This document shows positions 35,093-49,507 of a stretch of 64,000 nucleotides of DNA, piece by piece. The translations under genes were made by a program, and so were the position numbers. The notes beneath the pieces are model-generated. The model did not search any database and was not told where the DNA came from. It saw nothing but the letters and a program-made list of their open reading frames with translations. Positions within the stretch are counted from its first letter, which is position 1; each line of letters begins with the position of its first letter. Source of the stretch: Azolla caroliniana (taxonomy: Eukaryota; Plantae; Polypodiophyta); the NCBI GenBank assembly GCA_043228905.1, contig JBHGNT010000020.1, forward strand, positions 8,370,001-8,434,000. The letters are read 5' to 3'.

Positions 35093-38000
35093 CCATCATT
35101 CCATCAATGGAAATGACTGGTTGTCTAAATGGTGAGTGCTCCCCACTCACGACATGTTGTGCAAAGCATAAGGCACAAATCTCCCACTCCATTCCATGAT
35201 TATGAAGATTGTAACATGGAATGTGCAAGGGCTCCGGAGTCGACTAGACTAGCAAAACAAATGGAAACTGAGAAGAGATCTTGAGTTGACATCATCATGT
35301 TGCAGGAACGCCAGCTTGATAGTACTCATTTAAAGGAAGTCGGAGATCTTTTACCAGGATCATGGCGAACAATTTGGGAACTAGTAATAGGGGAGGATGG
35401 AAATCATGGTGGTATTTGCACTCTAATTCGGGAACATCTAGCCCAAGGCTTCATACACCAGGAATCACTTATACTTGGTAGGGCACATTTTTGCACGTTG
35501 GCCATCCAAGGGCAACGCTGGAATTTCATGAATGTTTATGCTCCAAATAGCATAACAGAAAGGGCAACATTCTGTGAATGCATCCACCTACAAGTAGCGG
35601 GTGCGGAAGAGTGGTGCATTGGAGGGGATTGTAATACGATCGAATCCATTCACGATAGCTCCAACAACAACCCCATAGTTCTACAAGGAAGGGAACGTAA
35701 ACAATGGGAGAAGTTATGTGTACACCTTAACCTACGAGACATCTGGCATTCTGACAACTTCCAACAAAAAAGGGACTCTCTCTTATTCTCCCGATCAGAC
35801 GGGCAGAATAATGGACCCACCCTTTCCTGCATTGACCGCATTTATGTGAGCAAGGCTCTAGAAGCGAAGGGAGGGTGGTGTCGCATAATTCCAGGCACGA
35901 CTTTCTCTGACCATTACTCGGTAGTCGGTTATTTTCAATTGCACCGAAAATGGGGCCCATTCCAACCTCGCAGCCCACACACTATCTACACAGTTATAGA
36001 GGTGAAGGAACAACTCTCCAACCAATGGTCATTACCCGTCAATGTCTCATCAACATCTGACAAACTTCTAGCTAAATTAACAAGAGCTTCAACTCTCCTA
36101 CATGAGTTTGTCAAGACCAAAAGCAACGATGCTCAGGAAAAGCGATAGAGGACAAAACGAGGACTAATAGCCTTATAACGACTCCAACAGAGATACTCGT
36201 CATGTAGTTGGATTGTAGGACAAGTTGCCATGGCCAAACATGAACTCAGCATGGCGGAAAAGGAAATATACGACATGGAGTTTCATGGAAGCATCGCACC
36301 ATGGATTCGAGTAGAGAACAAAACCACGAAGGAGTTCTTTCGCTCCAAAGGCCCGAGGCATGCTAGAACAATGATGCGCAGCCTCAACCGAGCGGATCGA
36401 ACGACCACTGAGGATGGCGACAAAATGAGGAATATTGCCACAGGTTACTATAAGCACCTACTTACCGAAGATACTATGGCCATAGGGGAAGACATAAGAG
36501 AAGATATTATCCTCCAAAGCATACCCAAGAAAGTCACGAAGGAAATGAATACATGGCTCGTGCGTCCCCTATCAACCATCGAGATATGGGAGGCCCTCTC
36601 TGATTTGGATGTAGATAGTTGCCCCGGAATCGACGGCCTCACCCCTCACTTTTTCACATGCCTTTAGGACACTATTAAAGAAGACCTCCTCCAGGCATAT
36701 GAGGAGATCATCACGTCTGGAAACATGCCGGAGGAATTTAGACAAGGGATGATACATCTCATTCCTAAAAGTGGTGGTAGTGCCAACGACATTAGCAAGT
36801 GGCGGCCCATAACTCTTCTCAATACTGTCTATAAGTTTCTTGCAAAAATTGTGGCACGCCGGTTAACACCTCTTCTCCCTCAACTCATTAATCCATCCCA
36901 AACAGGTTTCGTTAGAAATCGGAGCATCCTAGACAACCTCTTCTCATACTGGGAAGCAGTAGCCCTTGCCAAGCGTACCAACAACAAGGTAGCAGTGGTG
37001 CTACTAGATTTTGAGAAAGCATATGACAGGTTTTGCTGGAACTTTCTTGAAAGTGTGATGGGGAAACTCGGCTTTCAAGAGACATGGATCAAAGGCATTG
37101 CAGGACTTTATAGGAACGACAGCAGTTGCGTTTCACTGGCAAGTGAAAGGGGCCCCTTTTTCCGACTATCTCGATCTGTACCACAGGGATGCCCACTAGC
37201 TCCATCCTTATTTCTTTTATACGCCGAAGCACTCTCTTGCTTTCTCAACTCGCGGCATCTCAACCTACGTGGTCTTCCCGTGCCTCATTCTCATCAAAGC
37301 ATCTTGCATATAGAATTTGTTGATGACACAACGGTCTATCTGCAAGGGGACTTGGAAAACCTACAAAAGCTCGAAAGTGAGTTAGCTGTATTTTGCAAGA
37401 GATTCAATGCCATGATTAATTGGCACAAATCTTGTGTAATATGGCTTTCTCATGAAACACATCTTACGTGGCACCCACATCCCGCTTTCAAATGGATCAA
37501 TCAAGGAACGAGCACCAAATATTTGGGTTTCCAAATTGGTTTCAACATACCGCCGGAGACTATGATTGCACCCGTTATCCATTCCATTCAACAAAAGTTG
37601 ATACATTGGAGTTCGAAAAAACTGTCACTAGTGGGTCGCATCATAGTGGCAAACCAGGTACTACTCGCAACAGCATGGTACAGTCTATCATGTTGGACAA
37701 TCTCCAAGGACAATATACATCAGATTCCACAACTGGTACGCAACTACATTTGGTCTGGTAAGGAAGATCGTGTAACTCACGCCAAGGTGGCATGGCCTAT
37801 ACTCACAACACCTAAGTTGAGAGGGGGATTGGGACTTGTTGATCCCCTCTCACAATCAAAAGCCTTACTTGCCGAATTTGTGGTGTGAGGACTCCAACTA
37901 GAAAATGACTGTTGGAAAATGCTATTGCGGTTACGTTTTGCTTACTTTAGGCCACAAAAAGGGGTTAATTGGGCCCCTCAAACGGGATGGATTCTAAACA

Positions 38001-39537
38001 TGGATCTCAAACCTAGTTTCTCCCGCCAATTGGATGATAGATTCAATGCATCCATGTGGAAGGCATGGTGTGACATTAGACAAGGGCTCAAGTGCGATCA
38101 ACCGAGTTCCGAACCTGCCTGACTCAATCAACGTATCCTATGGAACTCATGTATCAAGGATGAATCTAATCAACTACTTGGATCAAGTAAGGGGTTGTCA
38201 TGGGGATACATTGCAGAAGGTCAGGGAAAAAGTATAGAATGTTGGAGACGGTTTATGTCATTGCCACTACAAGATGAAGCCAACATACTCCATGGAATCA
38301 GGGGCGGATGGACAATGAGATTGGAAATCAATAACGCTCTACTGATTAGGGAAGCCGCTACTCATAGGAAGACAATGGAAAATGGATAGGCTACGGGGAG
38401 GAGAGATCTTTGTTCTCAAGAGGTAGGGGATCACCAGACAGGATCGAAGGCTCTGAATTGCGAGATGTTGAGACACCAACACAGAATAACGCAATTCGAA
38501 TACTCGCGTATATTGGTCATAATTGGATTGTAGATCCTGATCCGATCAAAGTACAACCCGATTGGCACATATGTACTCATGAAAACACATGGCTACGTAA
38601 GGTCAGTTGGGACCCTTTGCAATGGACATGGCGTGATCCTTATGCGGAGCAAGGAAGCAAACCCATCCCTTTCTTCCAATTCACAACTAAATTGGGCCGC
38701 CACATCCTAGCTGCTCAAACTGCCCGAGAGCCGGCTGCTACAAAGGTCTGGCACACATATCAAGTTCCTCACACAATTATCACCAAGTTTTGGCTGAAAA
38801 TCTGGAAACAACAACACGCGAGGCGAATTACCATGTTCCAATGGCTATTAATACATAAGTCACTACCTGTGGGAGCATGGCAACATGGGAACCTTAGCTC
38901 TCCTAATTGTGTAGAGTGTCCAAATGCAGTAGAATCAATACGATATGCTCTATGGGACTGCCCAGCGTCCCATCGAATATGGCGGGGGGTTGGCCACTAG
39001 TTGCAATTATGCCAGGTGCAAGGCTCAATCAAGTGGGGAAATATATGTTGGCTATCATGGCAGACCCTAGTTTGCAGATACGAGCATCAAGAGGAGGGGA
39101 TGACTTTGGTAATAAAAGCACAAGAGGTTTTTTTCTCCACCATCAGCAATGTCCACTCAACTCCTCTTAATGACAAATCTCAAGTTGTGTTAGAATTGGT
39201 CAACCCAATAACTCTTTGGATTCTATGGAAACAATAGTGTAGACGGGTCTTCTCCAACCAAACCGCGCATCCAACAATGTTACTGCAGGAGATATGGAGT
39301 GAAATTGTAGCCACTCTAAAGAGCTAATATGATGGCCTCAAGGGCAGCTCCGATGGAGTTGAAGGACAACGAATAGCCTTCATCCAACAATGGTCGTCCT
39401 CTCCCTTTCTTGAGTCAGTGGGCATCCACATAAGATGGAACTATCACGTCCCTACAGGGATTTGTACATAATAATCTCATTTGTAAAATTTTATAACTAA
39501 TGGAAGGAGTTTTTTTTTGGAAAAAAAAGAAAAGAAA
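35093..39537 (+). mobile_element. L1-clade LINE, 5'-truncated (ORF2: AP endonuclease, RT, C-terminal zinc finger), degenerate
   Basis: MKIVTWNVQGL at 35202, SDH, WRPITLLN, LDFEKAYD, QGCPLAP, FVDD; A-rich tail; TSD AGTTTGAGCAAATTTTGA at 35075-35092 and 39538-39555. Confidence 0.95.
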
Positions 39538-40147
39538 AGTTTGAGCAAATTTTGAATTCAAAAATCTCAACTAGAGCTAATAAAGTAGTGGGGTAACTTG
39601 TTTTTAACATTTCTTGCAAATCCTTGAGAAAATTTGGTGTACTCTCTAACTCATCACAATATAACTAATATTGATCAAAGCTCATAGCTAACATCGCACA
39701 TCAACATAAAAGGATTATATCAATTTGACATATATTTAGAGTTGTTAGAAGAAAACTCTAATAAACGGATTTATATCGATTTGACAAAATATTGTGTTTT
39801 TTCTCACTTCTTAACATAGGTTTGTGTACATATCCTCTGGAATTTAATTTTCTTGTTTAATTTGACTATGAAACGAAGGATTATCCGAGGAACTTATGCT
39901 CAATGTAGTTTCTCAATTAGGATCTCTATCTTTGAAAATGTTATGTAGCTAGAAAGGAGATCAAGAGTGTCCACACTATACAAGCAGAATCCCCAAATAT
40001 TATGTAGCTAGAAATAATACTTTCACATCTCAAGATTAATTCTTTGTCCTCTCATTATGATGAGCGTATAAGTTATTCATCCATAATGTTATGGAGAAAG
40101 TAGAGATATGCTTATTGATGAGCAAGGGTAAGATTTTTTTGTTGTCC

Positions 40148-40715
40148 TGTTGTCCGCCGGAATAGTAACCGACAGACAAGAGCGTAGGAATAAGAAATAA
40201 TATAAGATCATAACGCATGTAACGGTTCACGCAGGAAGCGTGAACGGCTAAATATACCCTGCATATATAAAGGGAAGAAAACCTCTGATAGAGGGAGCGT
40301 GTAATTTTGGGAATGTAAGAAACGTCTCATAATAGAATTCTATCTTCTCTGATTCTCTGTGTATAGCTACGACTAATCCACTGTTGTGTGTCTTGAAGAC
40401 CTAAGCATGTAAGAACGTAAGTGTAACCTTTGCTAAGGATTCGGTTGTAGCCGTCTCCCTTATACGCTGATAGGTTACAGGGAACATTCCCCTACGCATT
40501 ACGCTTAGACGCCTATTCGTTGTTCCACACCCACTTGGAGGTCTAGGTCGAAGGACTGACCACGGACCGTGTTCCTAATCGGCAACACTTTTGGCACGCT
40601 TGGTGATCTGTGTCTTCTCACAGACGAACAACGACAAATGCATGTTTAGCCGCAGACGCCCCAAAGAACCAACACGACAAGACCGGCCTACTTTTCCGTG
40701 AAGCTCGACAGAACT
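40148..40715 (+). mobile_element. Gypsy-type 5' LTR (~40148-40587) with PBS TGGCACGC and short leader, truncated
   Basis: TGTTG...CAACA termini, TATATAAA ~40264, CTTT-TGGCACGC after the CA; right boundary approximate. Confidence 0.65.
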
Positions 40716-41597
40716 CTGAACATTTGCAACAAATACTTCCCACGCTTCATACCCATCAAATTGAACACGATAGGCAAATGCATCAATTAATTGACACATA
40801 TAGGCATGGAAGACCTCATGATCCAAAAATGATGAATTAAAAATCAACGGTGGTTTTCCTAAAAACTCATGAAAACCTCTAATTGAGTGGTGATTGAACT
40901 CAAAAATGAATGGGAAATGATCTGATATAATTGACCCATAAGACACTGAAATATCCAAAATCTCTGGTAAAAAACCTTCGGTATGCATTACATACATTCG
41001 ATCCAACCTACTCCAAGTATCCTTATATTGAGCCGATTGAAAGGTATAACCAGGTTCATCTCCCTTGATCCATTTCCATACATCCCTTAACATGACTTCA
41101 GTCTCAAAATCTCCCCATTCTTGAGCCTCTGGTCCATCCATAATAGAGTGGATAGATGTTGATTGATCTGTCTCACAACAAACATTAAAATCTCCCATCA
41201 ATAAACTCGGTCTACCATTATGAAGCACTGAGTTTAGAGATCTCCATAACAACTTTCGTTCTTGTGAAACATTTGATGCATACACACCAACTAACCAAAT
41301 AGCTTGCCCTTCATAACATATCTCTACCACAATAAATCTTCCAAATTCATCTGAAACAATTACTTTTGGGTGAAATTTATCTCTTATAAACATGACAATC
41401 CCAGAATAATCCCCATGAACCTTGCCAGCATAACATAATGTATAACCCTTAGAATAACTAATTAAACCAGCATTCTGATGATCTTTATGCTCTACTGCAC
41501 ATAAAACATCCCATTGCTCACTTAACACAATCCTCCAAACCTCATGTATTCTAAATCTAGAACACAATCCCCTCACATTCCATGTGGTGATCTTCAT
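40716..41597 (-). mobile_element. L1-type LINE fragment (AP endonuclease domain)
   Basis: MKITTWNVRGL, GDFN, SRLDR and SDH motifs; reading frame runs into unrelated LTR-element sequence. Confidence 0.88.
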
Positions 41598-41747
41598 ACT
41601 TTATTTTTTCCTTTTATTCGAGGAATCTCCTTCTCCTTCACTGCTAATGTTTATGCCATATCCTGAAATAAATCCCCTAAGATTGCATATGAATTACTAT
41701 GGGAATAATGTTCACATGAGGAGCCATCGGGGTCTGGAGTTTTGAAA

Positions 41748-41779
<32 letters not shown>

Positions 41780-42742
41780 CTATGTGGTTTTCTGTTTTTG
41801 CTTCTTTCTCTCTCCCTCCCTCTCTCTCTCTCTCTCTGCGTGCTTCCTCTCGTGATTCTGATTCTCATGGTGCACATCCTCATCTTCCCCATCCACTCTT
41901 TAATCATTCTATTGGTATAAGAAGGCACGTCCTTATCATTCTCATGGTGAATGTAGTTGGATTAGAGATGATGCTTGGATTGGTATTGGTTACAATTGGA
42001 TCTGTGTCTATTATTATGCTGAGAAATTAGTTTCCATAATGCTAGAAGTATATTGGCAATGCATCCCTTATCCAGAGCGGTACGATTTTATGAGCATTGC
42101 TATAGTTATGGTGACTTGCCCATTGGTGACGTTCAACAATGTTGATTTTATTGTATGTTTACTTATATGCATTGGTCATTTTTATTGATTTTAGGCCAAA
42201 TGCATATTTACTTTATGACATTGTGCTTGTAGTGGCCAACTTTGCTTGAGCCTAAGACCTTTGGCAGAAGACTATAAAGTTTGAGTATTCCATACAAGGA
42301 TATAAGCAGCTTTCTAGTATCATTGTAGAAAACTTGTATAACAGAAATAAGATATCTAGCTCATCATGAGTAACATGGCACGAAGTTCCTTATACCTGAA
42401 CCCTACTTCCATCAATACAAATTTCCTTTCATATTAGGTAATGATATGCAATTTTCATGGCTAGGAGAGCTAGTAGACCCTAATAAGAAAAGGTGTTCCC
42501 TGAAATAACCCTTTGGTGTTACCTCACATTTTTGCTACATCATTACAACAACTCTAGCATTATTGGCATATATCTATTTCTTAATCACTCATGCTGACAT
42601 TCTTCTATGGTAAAATCACTTCAGCAAACCCACAAAATTGGATGGCTCTATGGGGCTTTATTGCATCACTCCATCACACTCGATAGAAGCATGATAATGC
42701 TCATCAATCATTCTTTCATTGTAGTCTCATAAATACAAAAAC

Positions 42743-45700
42743 TGTTGAGAGACAAGCTCAACATCGGCCGGATCGGCTGAAGAAGCCGAGGACCGATCGG
42801 TTAGGCCGAGTGTGTAAACCGGGAGGTCGTTAGGAAAGATATTCCGTGAGGAATATATTTGGGAGTTAGTGTAGGAGCTCTTAATGAGCATTGAAGTACT
42901 GTCAGTACTTCTGTCAGTCCTTCTAGGACTTGTATAAAAGTGTTCATTGAACACACATTTGTATAGAGTGTGGTGAATAGAGATTGCGTACTCCTGTTAT
43001 ATTTTTTGTGTCTTCTCTCTCACTCTCTCTGTCTCTCCCGCGTATACCGTGTAAGCTCAAGCTCTCCATTGAACCTGAGTTTCCTTCCTTCTATTCGGTC
43101 TTCATACTTGCTTCCGCACGCTACTTTTTACATGGTATCAGAGCGCGAGGGTTGAGAACCTCTCTACAACCGACACAACTTGACAAAGGAGAACAAGAAG
43201 AACGATGGATAGAGGCATGGCGAGCTCGCTTCCAACAGAGAAGCTCGACATAACCAACTACACGTCTTGGTCTTACAAGATGCACCAGTACCTGCTCGGG
43301 CACGGCTGCTGGAGTTATGTTGAAGGAGCTAATGACGCGGCACCCGAATCGACACACAGAGACTTCCCGTCGTGGGAGCAATCGGCGAGCAGGGTATTAT
43401 ACTGCTTCGCGTCGTGTGTGGGCGAACAGCTATTGAGCTATGTTCGGGATGCAAAGACGCCAAAGGGTGCGTGGGAAAATCTGAAGAAGATTTTCGCCGT
43501 GAGCACCACAGCCAGGAAGCTTCAGCTCCGACAAGAGTTGAGCAACCTACGACAACGCGACTTGTCGGTGGCGGACTATACCTCGAAGATCAAGGATATC
43601 TGCGACTCCCTCGCCTCCATAGAGGTGAACATCGAGGAGAGCGAGATGGTCCAGATCTGTCTCAGAGGTTTGGCGTCGAAGTTCGGAGCGTTCCGAACGG
43701 TTGTGTGTACCCGGGAGAATACGCCGTCCTTTTTCGACTTACAGTCAATGCTCCTGGTAGAAGAGAACCACGCGAGTGCGTCTACAAGCACGCACACCGA
43801 CAGCAGAATGTTGTACACAGAGGGAGATAGGCCCCGTGGATGTGGAGGACGAGGCGAGTCGGGACGCAATGGAGGCGGCCGACGAGATCAAGGAAAAAGG
43901 CACCGAAGTGATGCCGACAGCAACTCCGGACCCTCCGGAAATAGGGGGAGTCGAAGCGATGAGAACCAGCAAGGGAAGTCCATCGCGGAGTGCTGCTACT
44001 GTGGCAAGAAAGGCCACAGGGAAAGTGAGTGCTGGAAGAAGCGTGCCGATTCGGAGAGAACTGGTTTCGGAAACGGCTCCAGACATACCGACAAGGGAAA
44101 TCGGCAGCGATCGCACTACGCTGAAGACTCCGGGAGAGCCGAAGAAGGGTCTGCCTTCGTGACGAGACACGAAGCAAACTCAATGAAACAGAGCACTCCG
44201 AGATCGGACGAGGTGTGGTACGTAGACTCCGGCGCGTCAAACCACATGACGAGCCATAAGGAGTGGTTCTCGTACCTCGAAAAACCGATACAACCTAGAG
44301 TAGTCGCAACTGGAGACGACACTTCGCATCCGATCGCGAATGTCGGAGAAGTTCCCCTTAGCCATGTCAGGCAGAAAGGGAAACTCATGAACGTGTTGCA
44401 CGTTCCGACAATCATGAAGAACTTGGTCTCGGTTGGACAGATCATCGACCAAGGGATGGAGGTTCGGTTTACACACCTCGGGTGCTTCATTGAGGAAGAA
44501 GGCCGTGTGATTGCACAAGGGTGCAGAGACGGGAGGATGTTCATCCTCGACTCCACTGACGGCGGCACCGCAATGTTCGCAAAGGGACAAAAAGCCGAGT
44601 CGGACATCGACTTGTGGCACAAGCGGATAGGCCACGTCAACTACCAGCGGCTTCAAGATCTGCAATCGAAACATGTAGTGTTCGGATTGCCCAAGTTTAG
44701 TGGCCGAAAGGCACAAATGTGTGAAGCTTGCCAGCTCGGGAAGCAACACCGACTTCCTTTCCCCAACGAGCGAAACCGGAGCCGGAACAAGCTCGATCTT
44801 ATACACTCCGATGTGTGGGGGCCGGCACAAAACGTTAGTCTTGGCGGGAGCCGATATTTCGTCTCCTTCATTGACGACCACACGCGGCACACGTGAATCT
44901 ACCTCATTGAGAGGAAGAGCGAAGTCTTCGACTGTTTCCGGGACCTCAAAGGGTTCGTGGAAACGAAAACGGGACGAAAGATCAAGTGCCTGCGGTCAGA
45001 TGGCGGGAAAGAGTACTTTTCTGGTCAATTCAACGGTTACCTACAACAAATGGGAATTCGGCGCGAATTCAGTTGTAGATACACGCCAGAGCAGAACGGC
45101 GTGGCCGAGAGGAAGAATCGGTCAGTTGTGGAAGCAGCACGGGCAATGCTAGAGGAGAAGAGCTTGCCCAAGTTCTACTGGGCCGAGGCGGTAAGGACCG
45201 TGGTATACATTCAGAACCGGATCGGAGACAAAGTGTCGGCGCACGAGCTATATTTCGGAACGAAGCCGAACTTGCGACACTTGAGGGTGTTCGGTAGCAT
45301 TGCGTATATGCATGTACTGAAGGAGAAAAGGAGGAAGCTGGACGCAAAGGCCGAGAAATGCATCTTGGTCGGTTACTCGGACGAGCAGAAGGGTTATAAC
45401 TGCTATAACCCTCGCACCAAACAAGCGCGTGTTAGCCGCAACGTTGTGGTTGACGAGTCCGCGTCTTGGTACCAGCCCCCGACTCCAATCCGAGCTCTGA
45501 CGATGAGGTCAGCGAGGCCGAGATGCCTCCGGATGAGCCCGAAATCGAGACCCGCGAAGAGAGTCCGATTTCACTCCAGTTAAGTGGACCGACTGGACGA
45601 CTGAGTCGATACGACCAGTCCGATGAAGAGTCGGCGAGTAGTGGAGACTCGGTCGTGCATTCCCCGCGCAGGAAGCCGAGGAGACGGCTTACGTGCAAAG

Positions 45701-48423
45701 AGAAAGGAAAGAAGAAGGTGTCGGATTCCTGCACGAATAAGAACGAGTCAGACTGACGCGAGTCCGACTCCGAGGGAACCGGTGACGAGTCTTTAAAGGT
45801 GAAGACCACGTCGACCGAGAAGGCCTCGACATCGGCTAATGTGAGATTACGCCGATCTACCCGCCAGAAGAATCCTGTTTTGAGGTTCAGATACAACGAG
45901 TACATGGCGCATCATTATGCGTACATGACCCGTGTAGCGGAAGTGCGTGAGCCGGAGAGCTATGTAGAAGCGGCTAAAAACGCGAATTGGCGTGCCGCGA
46001 TGGAGGAAGAGATGCACGCATTAGCGGAGAACGAGACCTGGGACCTGGTTGACGCACCAAGAGGGGTAAAACCGATCGGGTGTAGGTGGGTGTACAAAGT
46101 CAAGTACAACACCGATGGCTCGGTCAACCGGTACAAGGCTCGGCTAGTGGCAAAGGGCTACGCGCAAAAGCACGGCATCGACTACGATGAGACGTTTGCG
46201 CCGGTCGCGAAAATGACGACCGTCCGTGTTTTGCTCGCAGTAGCTACGGCGAAGGGGTGGCACTTACATAAGATGGATGTAAAAAATGTGTTCCTGCAAG
46301 GTGACCTTGAGGAACAGGTGTACATGGTACAACCCCCCGGATTTCACTCCGGAACGAACTCCTCGGCAGTATGCCGACTGAAGAAGTCCCTTTACGAACT
46401 GAAGCAAGCCCCGCGTGCCTGGAAAGCGAAGATCACGCAACAACTACGTCGGATGGGCTTCGTCACGACAAAATCGGACTCTTCCCTGTTCATCCGGAAA
46501 GGTCGACTCGGACCGGTTAGTATTTTACTGTATGTTGATGACTTGGTCATCACCGGCGCCGACCTAGGTGAAATCGACCGCGTGAAGCTTCAGCTTGCGG
46601 CATCGTTTGACATGAAGGATCTGGGGGACCTTCATTACTTCCTCGGGATCGAAGTGATCCGTACCCCCGAAGGCATATTGATCAGCCAACGTCATTACGT
46701 GCTGGGTATGCTCTTCAAATTCGGGATGGCCGACTGTAAGTCCGTCTCAACTCCTCTGGACAGAACCGTCAAGCTTCGTCCCGATACGGGAAAGGTATGC
46801 GACCCGATGAGGTTCCGACAAATTGTCGGAAGCCTCATATACTTGACCATCACCCGACCCGACCTCAGTTATCCAGTCGGGGTGATCAGTCAGTTCATGG
46901 CGCGACCTACCGAGGAGCACCTTCTGTGTGCACAACGCGTACTGCGGTACGTAAGCGGCACTAAGGACCGCGGACTGCTATATCGGACTGGTGCAGCCGC
47001 GCAGTTAGTCGACTACACCGATGCTGATTGGGCTGGCAACACCGTCGATTGTCGATCCACGTCTGGATACGCGTTCTCCCTCAGGAGTGCCGCGATCACG
47101 TGGAGCAGTAAGAAGCAGCCGACAGTTGCACTGTCGAGCACCGAAGCTGAGTACCGAGGAGCGGCTATCGCGACATGCGAAGCCATATGGTTGAAGCGGC
47201 TACTTAAGGACCTGCAAGAGGAGGTGTCTGATCCAACGACGATCTACTGCGACAACCTCAGCAACATCCAACTCGAGAAAAACCCCGTCTTCCACGCACG
47301 GACCAAGCACATTGAGGTGCACTACCATTTCGTCCGTGAGCGTGTCCTTTCTGGTGAAGTCGAACTTCAGTACGTTCCGACGAATCGGCAGGCTGCCGAC
47401 ATCTTCACCAAGCCTCTTGGTCTGGACAAGTTGCGGCAATTCTCAGGTGCACTCGGATTGCGTCACCTCGACGTGCCGAACTTGAGGGGGAGAACAGTCC
47501 CGAACGATCAAGCAAGGCAGCAGGAAAGGAGCGGAGACCGCGACACCAAGTCGGTTGACTCGGGTGTTGACTCGGTTGACAAGTTCGACTTTGGATCGGC
47601 TGAAGAAGCCGAGGGCGGACCCGCGGAAAAGTTCGGAAGAGGACAGAAGGGGAGCAACCGAAGGAGAGAGCCGAAGCCAACCACGCATAGGGGAGATGAC
47701 GCCATCGAGGGCGAGAAAACCGAAGACGAGTTGGAGACAGCCAACTCGGACGAGAGCGAAAACCGATCGGAGGTAGCCGAGTCAGTTCGGATGGTTGATT
47801 CAGATACGCTGAATCAACCGAGGCCCAAGCGAAAGAAAAGGCAGCAAGAGAAGCGTCAACACCGCAACAACAGAAGAGCTGATAAGGGCCACATGAGCAG
47901 ACAAGCTGACCGGAAGGGTCGAAGCGCGCGGAGTCGAACAGGTCGAGGAGCGCGAGCAAGGCGTAAAGCCAGGAGGAACCGGAGATGTGAGCCTGAGGAT
48001 CCCGAAGAGCCTCGAGTTGAGCTTGAGGGGGAGTGTTGAGAGACAAGCTCAACATCGGCAGGATCGGTTGAAGAAGCCGAGGACCGATCGGTTAGGCCGA
48101 GTGTGTAAACTGGGAGGTCGTTAGGAAAGATATTCCGTGAGGAATATATTTGGGAGTTACTGTAGGAACTCTTAATGAGCATTGAAGTACTGTCAGTACT
48201 TCTATCAGTCCTTCTAGGACTTGTATAAAAGTGTTCATTGAACACACATTTGTATAGAGTGTGGTGAATAGAGATTGCGTACTCCTGTTATATTTTTTGT
48301 GTCTTCTCTCTCACTCTCTCTGTCTCTCCCGCGTATATCGTGTAAGCTCAAGCTCTCCATTGAACCTGAGTTTCCTTCCTTCTATTCGGTCTTCATACTT
48401 GCTTCCGCACGCTACTTTTTACA
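42743..48423 (+). mobile_element. Complete Ty1/Copia LTR retrotransposon with few disabling mutations
   Basis: 390-bp LTRs 42743-43132 and 48034-48423 (about 7 substitutions by eye); TSD AAAAC; PBS TGGTATCAGAGC; PPT CTTGAGGGGGAG; gag-PR-INT-RT(YVDD)-RH 43205-48039 with TGA at 44894 and 45754 and a frameshift near 45490. Confidence 0.97.
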
Positions 48424-48987
48424 AAAACTTATGTAATCTTATCGATGAAGCTCTTTTGATTTAGTATGGATCAAACACAATCCATATTTGTAGTTGCCAA
48501 TCATAATCATATATGCCTAACCTTAAAGGTCAAATAAACACTCAATTCTCCCCTATATATATGCATGTCATTTAGCCATACCAATTTTTTCCCATTTAAA
48601 AAAGCTTTCTTACATCCATTTTTTTTGCTCACATCATACTCACAACTTATAAATAGTGAGCAGAAAAAATTATATCACACTCACAACTTATAAATAGTGA
48701 GCAGAAAAAATTATATCACACTCACAACTCACATCATTATATCATATTTATATCTGTCCACATCACACTCACAACTTATGGTACCTAAAGTGAGCCCTAG
48801 CCAGTTAGCCACTACTTACTTACCTACAAGTTACAACTCCTTGATGTGAAATAGCAAAGCTTGATATTTATTTTAATAGTACCACAATGTGTACCAATAT
48901 CATAAATGGAAAAAAGAAAGAATGGTAATGCAATGTCATGGTTGTACAAACTTCCTTTTCCAAGGTATTTTGCTTAATAATGCAGTG

Positions 48988-49180
48988 CAAATAAATACAA
49001 GGATACAGACAGGCACACTTGGGGCTAGACTAAGCCATACATGAAGAAAGAAATATATCGTTTCTTCAACATGCATACAAGTCACAATACAAATAAATAC
49101 AAGGATACAGACAGGCACACTTGGGGCTAGACTAAGCCATACGTGAAGACAGAAATATATCGTTTCTTCAACATGCATAC
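48988..49180. repeat. 102-bp tandem duplication upstream of Csl copy 1
   Basis: caaataaatacaaggatacagacaggcac at 48988 and 49090. Confidence 0.88.
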
Positions 49181-49507
49181 ATGGATTGTGAATAAAAGTA
49201 AAAAGAAAGGAGGGAGGCTTAGATTGAAAAATAGATTCCAAGGCTTTACAAACTCGCCATGAATTCAGAGCTTTTTATTTTTCAAAAGCAACCCCCCCCC
49301 CCCCCCCCGCCCCCCCAACACCCGAATCTATCTATCTGTCTATAGTGATCGATCCATGAATCCATCCATCCACATGTGAAACAACATTCACACACGTGAC
49401 ACAACTTAACGTTTAGACCACACAACAATTATCCCCTTCCTTTCTATTTCTATCTATGTATATCGCAAATCTGTTTTGTAACTACTAGCAACTCCGCTCC
49501 CCCCCAA

